DNA of 64,000 nucleotides, taken from the IMG/VR virus record IMGVR_UViG_3300018405_000014, positions 1-64,000 of that record, one strand, 5' to 3'. The notes beneath the pieces were generated by a model. It did no database searches, was not told the origin of the DNA, and worked only from the letters and a program-made list of their open reading frames with translations. Below, piece after piece: positions 37,850-44,509 of the stretch (positions within the stretch are counted from its first letter, which is position 1; each line of letters begins with the position of its first letter). The position numbers and the translations under genes are program-made. Source of the stretch: a virus. Its lineage: Duplodnaviria; Caudoviricetes.

Positions 37850-38983
37850 ATGCCTATTGACATGAAGATAGGTCCATCGACCTGGGCCAGGACAAAGCAA
37901 CCGCATGTGAAGGTGTCTGACTCGAGCTGGGCGCCGTTGAAACGCGCGCTGGTGAAAACAACTGCAGGCTGGAAGGAAGTCTGGCCATCGGAAATGGTTT
38001 ACACCCACACCGGTGTTGGTTATAACCTGAACATCTACAACTGTTTCGGTCAACCCAATTCGCCTGGGAAGTACGTGTTTGTTAACAACGGCTACATTGG
38101 TTCAGATACTACCGATCAATGGGCCTTGGCGACAGGTGTGTTCCCGGCAGGTTCAACTGTGGTCATCATCAACAATGGCCTGATCATTGGACGGGGTGGT
38201 CACGGTGCATCCTTCCATAGCTATGGAATGAGTTCATCGATCAGTCAGGCCGGCCCTGGCGGCCCTGGACTTAACCTCCAGACACCCGTCACTATCCAGA
38301 ACAATGGGGTTATCGCGGGTGGTGGTGGTGGTGGCGGTGCCAGTGGAGACTTCGGCGGGAAAACACGTTGGAACTTCCGAGGGGGTGGCGGTGCAGGCAT
38401 TGAGCCAGGTGTAGGTGGTATCCATACCTGGGGTAATACGCCACCTTCCCCGGCCACTTATGAATTGGGAGGTATCGCCAGAAGTGGCAGTGATGGACAT
38501 GGTGGCAACGCAGGTGTAAATGGACGAACTGCAACCATGGTTGTCAACAACGACCACTCGATGATGACGATTGGTGCACCTGCTGGTATCTCCATTGGCA
38601 GTACTGGTTTTATTCAGGCCGGTTCTACCGGTTTGGATTCCACCCGTGTTAAAGGTCGACAGGTTGGGGGTACGGGACGTACTCGTATACGGGTTGCCAG
38701 TATCGATGGTCGAGGCCAATACGGTGATACCCTCACCGTGAACCTGACCTATGACGGCCCGGCTGGTACCATCGGCGGATCATGGATTTCAGGCGGTTCC
38801 ATGATCTCGGTCGGGCGCATCGGAAACACCTTCAGATTTACCGCAACAGGGTACGAAAGCGGGTATTCGAGAAACTTCTGGCGCAGTGGGACCATGCGGT
38901 TCACCCTGACAACTGGGGAAGGCAGTGACTACCAGGATGTGTACATCCGAGTAGGTGATGGCGGCTACTTTGAACTTTACTAA
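37850..38983 (+). CDS. glycine-rich tail-fibre adhesin (T-even gp38-like)
   Basis: Trp-rich N-terminus (GWKEVWP), IINNGLIIGRGG.G, GPGGPGL, IQNNGVIAGGGGGGG, GGGGAG glycine-rich motifs; follows fibre B. Confidence 0.75.
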   Translation: MPIDMKIGPSTWARTKQPHVKVSDSSWAPLKRALVKTTAGWKEVWPSEMVYTHTGVGYNLNIYNCFGQPNSPGKYVFVNNGYIGSDTTDQWALATGVFPAGSTVVIINNGLIIGRGGHGASFHSYGMSSSISQAGPGGPGLNLQTPVTIQNNGVIAGGGGGGGASGDFGGKTRWNFRGGGGAGIEPGVGGIHTWGNTPPSPATYELGGIARSGSDGHGGNAGVNGRTATMVVNNDHSMMTIGAPAGISIGSTGFIQAGSTGLDSTRVKGRQVGGTGRTRIRVASIDGRGQYGDTLTVNLTYDGPAGTIGGSWISGGSMISVGRIGNTFRFTATGYESGYSRNFWRSGTMRFTLTTGEGSDYQDVYIRVGDGGYFELY

Positions 38984-39204
38984 GATACGAGTGGCGGGGG
39001 TTGTTGTTTCACGGGCGATTCGCTGGTAACCATGTACAACGGTGACCTCAAGCGAATTGATGAGGTGGTACCAGGCGATCTGGTCAAGACTCCGTGCAGT
39101 TTACGTGGGACGGTTCGAACGAGCAGATCCCAGTTTACAGCGTTTACGACTACGAGTTGCCTGCAGTGGATGCCTCACCATTCAAGCGCATCAGCGACAA
39201 GTAA
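38984..39204 (+). pseudogene. decayed Hint (intein-like) domain, in frame after the adhesin stop codon
   Basis: After TAA: DTSGGGCCFTGDSLVTMYNGDLKRIDEVVPGDLVKT, a Hint block A; the rest is truncated or frameshifted. Confidence 0.65.
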
Positions 39205-39207
39205 TTG

Positions 39208-39236
39208 CATACGGGAGGGGCAACCCTCTCGCTATG
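39208..39236. terminator. hairpin of the CATA...TATG family
   Basis: CATA-CGGGAGGG-GCAA-CCCTCTCG-CTATG. Confidence 0.55.
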
Positions 39237-39293
39237 TCACGTCTCATTATATGACCAGAACACCTACCCACCACTCCGAGCAAGGGGTTATTC

Positions 39294-39929
39294 ATGCTTG
39301 ATGAAATTTACACCGGTCCTGACCGAGGCCATTTCAGGACCATCCGTCTACTGGACAATAGCGGTGTTCAGCAACTGGCAAACTGCCGAATCAAGGAAGC
39401 TACGGTATTCAACTACCTGAGCGACCTGAAGTACGCCATTATTGGTTACACCGTTGAATGGTGGAAGAATGACGAACAAGCCCCGCACGAGGGCGGTGAA
39501 TCGCAGATCTACATTCCACACGGTCGACCCAATGTCAACAAGCTTTACTTCCGGGCTAAGTCGAGCATCACCTCGAACATGCTGTATCTGGAAGATGCCA
39601 TCATCAACGACTTCCTGAACACCAAGGCATTGGCTGATCCGATGTCCCTGCAGTCGTACAGTCAGGAAGCGGCTGAACAAACTGCCTCAGTGGCCATCTG
39701 GCGTGAATTGGAAGGCACTCCTTACTCGTACAACGAAGCCGTCCACATCACCCAATTGCAAGCCACACCTGACAGCCCACTGATGGTGGTCTCTCAAGGT
39801 CTGCGGGCCAACTGGCGTCACACTGGTGCAGAGGAATTGCTCCAACTTCGCGTGACGGATTATGCCTTCACCAAACTGCGTGAGTGCTACGAAAAGCTCC
39901 ATGCTGCTATTATTACCGAGGATGTATAA
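39294..39929 (+). CDS. hypothetical protein
   Basis: 211-aa ORF, AAGGGG SD, upstream of the endolysin. Confidence 0.7.
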   Translation: MLDEIYTGPDRGHFRTIRLLDNSGVQQLANCRIKEATVFNYLSDLKYAIIGYTVEWWKNDEQAPHEGGESQIYIPHGRPNVNKLYFRAKSSITSNMLYLEDAIINDFLNTKALADPMSLQSYSQEAAEQTASVAIWRELEGTPYSYNEAVHITQLQATPDSPLMVVSQGLRANWRHTGAEELLQLRVTDYAFTKLRECYEKLHAAIITEDV

Positions 39930-39932
39930 GTC

Positions 39933-40655
39933 ATGGCCACTAAAGAAACCTTGAAAGAACTCCAGCGCCAAATGAAGGCAGCTGGGATGTACAGCGGCGC
40001 TATCGATGGACTCTGGGGCCCGATCAGTCACGGAGCGTTTCTCAATGCCCGCCGCAAAGCGCTGCGGATGAGCCGACCGAGCGCTGAAGCCAATGGCATT
40101 GGTCCGTTGCTGTTCAGTTACTGTAAAGCCACTGCATGGTCCGCCAAGGTCTCTGAAGAATTCGTAGGGATGGTACATCAGATCTGTGACGACCTGCAGA
40201 TGGGTACCCAGGGCGCTGACCTACTGATGTCCTGCATGGCGTTCGAGACGGGCGAGACCTTCAGTCCCTCCATCAAGAACGGTGCTGGCGCACCTCACTA
40301 CGGTCTGATCCAGTTTGGCAGGGCTGCTGCAAAGGACGTAGGGACCACTGTAGAGGCGCTGGTGACCCTGACAGCCGAACAGCAGCTGATCTACGTCCAC
40401 AAGTTCTTCAAGCCGTATAAAGGCAAACTGAAGACCCTGAGTGACATTTACATGCGCATCCTCTACCCTGTGGCCGTTGGTAAGCCCGAAGACTATGTAT
40501 TATTCAGTGAAAAGAATACGAAGTCTAAGGCATATGTTCAAAACCGTGGTCTCGATGCTAACCGTGATGGGCTTATCACCAAAGCCGAAGCCGCTGCAAA
40601 AGTACAGGACAAGTTGCGTCGTGGTCTGCATCCCCGTAATCTGCGGGCCTGCTGA
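39933..40655 (+). CDS. modular endolysin: peptidoglycan-binding domain + lysozyme-like/SLT domain
   Basis: LQRQMKAAGMYSGAIDGLWGPIS PG-binding motif; MAFETG catalytic Glu, GLIQF; EF-hand-like DANRDGLITKAE. Confidence 0.85.
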   Translation: MATKETLKELQRQMKAAGMYSGAIDGLWGPISHGAFLNARRKALRMSRPSAEANGIGPLLFSYCKATAWSAKVSEEFVGMVHQICDDLQMGTQGADLLMSCMAFETGETFSPSIKNGAGAPHYGLIQFGRAAAKDVGTTVEALVTLTAEQQLIYVHKFFKPYKGKLKTLSDIYMRILYPVAVGKPEDYVLFSEKNTKSKAYVQNRGLDANRDGLITKAEAAAKVQDKLRRGLHPRNLRAC

Positions 40656-40679
40656 AACAAAAAAAAGAAAGTGAAGCTA

Positions 40680-40706
40680 GAGGGAGCCCTAGGGCTCCCT
40701 CTTATG
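40680..40706. terminator. bidirectional hairpin
   Basis: GAGGGAGCCC-TA-GGGCTCCCTC-TTATG, with an A-tract upstream. Confidence 0.7.
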
Positions 40707-40796
40707 CCGGCTGTAGGTATTCTTACGACCGTTCTGATTTGGTAAGACGAGTAGCACGAATGCCACAGAAGTTGAAAGTGTCTGGCAGACCGTGAG

Positions 40797-40961
40797 TCAG
40801 ATGCCAAGGGCTGATTCCAGGTGCGCAATCTTACGTTCATACTCCAGAACCTCTGGACTGCGAACGCCATAGCGACGCATTGCCCGTTCGAGCAAGCGTA
40901 CGGTATGGTCCAGATCGGATTTGAGGGCGCGGTTGTCGATACCGAACAGTTTCTTAAACAT
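40797..40961 (-). CDS. small 54-aa protein (absent from the ORF track)
   Basis: AAAGGAGG SD; MFKKLFGIDNRALKSDLDHTVRLLERAMRRYGVRSPEVLEYERKIAHLESALGI*. Confidence 0.7.
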   Translation of the reverse strand: MFKKLFGIDNRALKSDLDHTVRLLERAMRRYGVRSPEVLEYERKIAHLESALGI

Positions 40962-41003
40962 GGTGCGCCCTCCTTTGGGCCAGTAATAAATTAGGTGGTG
41001 AGA

Positions 41004-41504
41004 TTAACGGCGCTTGGATGAAAGCATGCCAAGGCCAATACCCAGCAGGGTACCCAGGGCCACTGAAGCATTTTCAGTGGCCCTGGTGTGAGTGGATGTG
41101 CCAAAGGTCCGCACCACAGTAGGTTCTACAGCATCCCACGGATCATCGACCGGTACTTCACGCACCTTGGGGTTAGCCTCAGTGCAGTTGTTTACCAGAC
41201 CGACGATATCGTTGTACCCGATGACGAAATGATCGACACCGAGGGCGATGCATGCTGCAGCTACATGATGCTTCTCAGTAGCGGACAACCCACTCCAGGG
41301 ATTGAAGTACAGGGTGTAGGTGCAACGGTATTCGATCTGCACGGACTTGAGTTCCAGCTGACCTTTGGTGGTCTTGTTGAAGACCACCTTGTTGGCTGTA
41401 CCGCGACCAAAGGTAACGACCACACGGGTGCTGGTCGATTCGACATTCGCAGTCTTGGAGAGAATGGTGGCGATAGCAGAAACATCGAGGGTATGAACAT
41501 TCAT
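41004..41504 (-). CDS. hypothetical protein (probable early gene, hydrophobic C-terminus)
   Basis: AGGAGA SD; 166 aa. Confidence 0.7.
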   Translation of the reverse strand: MNVHTLDVSAIATILSKTANVESTSTRVVVTFGRGTANKVVFNKTTKGQLELKSVQIEYRCTYTLYFNPWSGLSATEKHHVAAACIALGVDHFVIGYNDIVGLVNNCTEANPKVREVPVDDPWDAVEPTVVRTFGTSTHTRATENASVALGTLLGIGLGMLSSKRR

Positions 41505-41535
41505 GGGTAGTTCTCCTAAGAACAGGGTAATGGTG

Positions 41536-41769
41536 TTAAATCAGTTGTTCGAGTAAGTGTCTGTGAAACTGCTCACGGTACGAGCGATCATCTCCTCCAG
41601 CCGCGGTGAGGCTGCGAATGAGACGCCCGTCGTCTAACCGGTAATACGGTTGTTTAAGGAACGTGGTCAGTGGCATGAATGTCATGGCTGACCGGGTTAC
41701 TGGGACCATCACCCCCGTCTCGGGGTGCGGCATGAAAAAACGGTACGTGTTAGGTACTGTGTCAGTCAT
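41536..41769 (-). CDS. hypothetical protein (probable early gene)
   Basis: AGGAG SD; first gene downstream of the promoter-like motif. Confidence 0.7.
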   Translation of the reverse strand: MTDTVPNTYRFFMPHPETGVMVPVTRSAMTFMPLTTFLKQPYYRLDDGRLIRSLTAAGGDDRSYREQFHRHLLEQLI

Positions 41770-41802
41770 GGACCTGACTCCTGAGGGGATTGCTGGGGTA
41801 TA

Positions 41803-41838
41803 TCACCAGTACTATGTAGGGTTGAAAAAAGTTCGAAT
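41803..41838 (-). promoter_or_regulatory. candidate early (virion RNAP) promoter, copy 1
   Basis: ATTCGAA-N6-TCARCCCTACAT-N6-GGTGA; gapless match to 42088-42123. Confidence 0.6.
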
Positions 41839-42087
41839 CAAAAAATAAAGGGATGATAGATCAGTTTATCAGGCACAGGCCTAACGACTGATCTATCAGA
41901 ATTTCGGTGAGACGGCATAATGGGTAGTCAGGGGCGATGGCCATTGCCGATCGCTCGCCTGATCCTACCCCGGAGGCACTGTGGTACCTATCCTCCCTAT
42001 AGCATACTGCCGACCTAGTTATTTTTTACTATTTTGACTGAACTGACTTCGAAGGCACAACGAATTCTAACAAGAGAAGTGACCACT

Positions 42088-42123
42088 TCACCTAGGTGAT
42101 GTAGGGCTGACTTTAATTCGAAT
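42088..42123 (-). promoter_or_regulatory. candidate early (virion RNAP) promoter, copy 2
   Basis: Same 36-bp motif as 41803-41838. Confidence 0.6.
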
Positions 42124-42161
42124 CGAATCGGCATGGGGAGGCAGTGCCTCCCTCGTTATGT

Positions 42162-42434
42162 TCAGAACCCGTTCATCTTGGTCCATTCACGATCTGTCCA
42201 CTTGGGCGTATCAGGCGATACTGCTACCAAGCTAGACCGTTCAGCGATCCATTTGTACTTCGTGACCCCATCGTAGTCACCCGACTTGCAGAACATCTCG
42301 AACGCATCTGCAGGAGTGTACTCGTAGTCGTTCTTATACCACTCTCGCTTCTCCAGATACAACTCATCACCATCAATCACCTTGATGATAAAGGGGGTCT
42401 TCTGTAAATCCTCGAAGTAGATCGCTTGTTTCAT
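42162..42434 (-). CDS. hypothetical protein
   Basis: AGGA SD; 90 aa; hairpin 42132-42160 follows. Confidence 0.7.
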   Translation of the reverse strand: MKQAIYFEDLQKTPFIIKVIDGDELYLEKREWYKNDYEYTPADAFEMFCKSGDYDGVTKYKWIAERSSLVAVSPDTPKWTDREWTKMNGF

Positions 42435-42647
42435 TGTTATTGTCCTATCGTGATGACCATTACCAATTAACTAAGTTGACCGCCGATCCCACCCCAACAC
42501 CTTGTCCCTCATCGTCGTCGGACTGCGCTTAGGGACACCAGAGCCATTACCCCGGTCACACCAATATACAGGTTTAGTGTTTATTCACGCCCGACCTTAA
42601 CAAATAGTGTGAAAGATCTTTCTATTGACTTACTTCGGTGACTTACA

Positions 42648-43277
42648 ATGCTACTCAATATGGTTATGGCGGCACATCAAGGGCGTCTTCGTTGGGGTCG
42701 GAGACCCACTCCCAATGGTCAGGTACTGTTCGATACACCGGGCACATTTCAATGGACGTGTCCTGAAGGGGTCACCAAAGTATGCATTGCCATGGTTGGC
42801 CATGGCGGCACTGCCAATAGAGATCCGTCGTACGTAGGCGGTGGCGCCAACATCCGTTATATAAACGACATCGACGTAGTCCCTGGACAGGTATACGGCA
42901 TCGTTGTAGCAAGACCTCATCCACATTTCGCAGGTAACGCCAACAATAACTGCGGTGCGCTAGGTTATAGCTGTACATCTCCGCTTAAAGGTGTCGTACA
43001 AGGCTGGAATGGAGGCGAGAGTAGAGTAAGTATCGCTCAGAACGCGAATCGATTTGGTAATAGCGCAGGCAACCTGGGAACTCACGGACATGGTATAGAT
43101 CTCCGTACGTTTAATACAGTCCCTCCTAACAGTGCTACATTCTCTGGTGGTAACTATGGCGCGGGTGCTGGTGTGAGTAATCAGTGGCGAATGACAGGCG
43201 CGGCTGGAAGGTCAGCACTCCGCATCATCTGGGGTGAGGATCGTACCTTCCCAGACAAAAACATCGGTGATCTATAA
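42648..43277 (+). CDS. glycine-rich virion/tail-associated protein
   Basis: FDTPGTFQWTCPEGVTKVCIAMVGHGG..GGGA..YINDIDVVPGQ...G.SALRIIWG..R.FP motif typical of phage Gly-rich tail domains. Confidence 0.65.
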   Translation: MLLNMVMAAHQGRLRWGRRPTPNGQVLFDTPGTFQWTCPEGVTKVCIAMVGHGGTANRDPSYVGGGANIRYINDIDVVPGQVYGIVVARPHPHFAGNANNNCGALGYSCTSPLKGVVQGWNGGESRVSIAQNANRFGNSAGNLGTHGHGIDLRTFNTVPPNSATFSGGNYGAGAGVSNQWRMTGAAGRSALRIIWGEDRTFPDKNIGDL

Positions 43278-43708
43278 TGAACCCACTGTTAATCGCAGCT
43301 GCACACCAACGCTCAAAGGGTAGTGGTTTCAACCCCGCTGCCTATCGCTACGCCGGGACTGTCGTAATCGGTCATATTTCAGCGGGTGGGGCTGAGTATG
43401 GTTACTACAAACCCACCAACATTGGCTCAATCACCCCAAGTACCCTAGACACCCGCGCCATCACTCGCGCCACTTGGAAAGACAAACGATTCCAGGCGCC
43501 TGCTAGCCGCGAACTGGTCTTAACACTCAATGGCACCCAACGCCCCAACATTACCAAGCTCGCCTTGGTCAAAGACGGTCAGTTGGTAGTCGAACTCACC
43601 ACACCGTCCCGCGAAGGTACCTACGGCACCCCAGAGTACAACTTGATCTATCTCACGGGTGACGCTGAGATGCCTATCAGTGGGACAGTACAGCTCTATA
43701 TTGAATGA
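43277..43708 (+). CDS. putative virion-associated protein (MNPLLIAAA leader)
   Basis: Coupled by a TAATG overlap; beta-rich small domain. Confidence 0.6.
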   Translation: MNPLLIAAAHQRSKGSGFNPAAYRYAGTVVIGHISAGGAEYGYYKPTNIGSITPSTLDTRAITRATWKDKRFQAPASRELVLTLNGTQRPNITKLALVKDGQLVVELTTPSREGTYGTPEYNLIYLTGDAEMPISGTVQLYIE

Positions 43709-43715
43709 CATCCGT

Positions 43716-43747
43716 CATAACAGGGGAGCCAGTGGCTCCCCCTTATG
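43716..43747. terminator. hairpin of the CATA...TATG family
   Basis: GGGGAGCCA/TGGCTCCCC stem. Confidence 0.65.
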
Positions 43748-44006
43748 ACGTCGCGATTGAGACACTACCCCATGCATGGATGGGTAAATACCCATTTGTT
43801 CAGGGGATGACATACCGTAGATCGTGCATGGTTCGATCAAGTTCACAGAAAAGATCATAAGAAGTCGTCGCTCCGCTCCTCCGCTAGCGCATTGCTTCCG
43901 TACCCTCCAGCAATGCTTTTTATAGCATTCTGAATTTATTCAGAGAATAGACCGCCAAGGTAATTAATTACCAAATCGTATGTATTAGTCCATCTTTAGG
44001 TAAACC

Positions 44007-44454
44007 ATGAAAACAGCAATGATGGCAGCATCTGGACGTCGTTTAGGTGACTGGAGACGACACGTAAAGATCGATCTCTGGCGACTTCACCATGGAGACG
44101 TTTATCAACTTTGATAGCCTCTCCAATAACAACCAGTACATCTTCGACCTGAACAACAACAGCATGACGTTACGGTACTATGGCACAAACGGAATTCAGT
44201 TCGCTCATTCTGGTTCGCTGGCATCTCAGTTCATTCCCACTGTAGGTGTATGGTACCACATCGCCTTAGTCAGAAAGAACGGTGTTGTTACGGGTCCTCT
44301 TGGATCAAGTATCCCAGATACGTTACTCTACATGAAGATGATGGTGGGTAACTACGGTGGTGGCGGTGGTTATAACGTAGCAGGTCGTTTGTATGGCTTC
44401 AAGCTGTCACTCAGGGCAGTTTATGACGGTAACTTTGTACGTCCTACTTACTGA
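44007..44454 (+). pseudogene. frameshifted or deleted LamG/ConA-like lectin gene
   Basis: ATG 44007 gives MKTAMMAASG..DWRRHVK then stops early; a second frame gives SGDFTME..WYHIALVRKNG..G.LYGFKLS..AVYDGNF (LamG motifs). Confidence 0.6.
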
Positions 44455-44474
44455 CTGTGATTTAACCGAGGAGA

Positions 44475-44507
44475 CATAGGAGGAGGCCCTAGGGCCTCCT
44501 CCATATG
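44475..44507. terminator. bidirectional hairpin
   Basis: CATA-GGAGGAGGCCC-TA-GGGCCTCCTCC-ATATG. Confidence 0.7.
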
Positions 44508-44509
44508 CG

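Noticed and set aside
23420-38983. Diversity-generating retroelement or invertase-type tail-fibre switch
   Set aside because: No reverse transcriptase or site-specific recombinase in the window; the repeats are direct and lie in conserved N-terminal or shaft regions, not variable tips.
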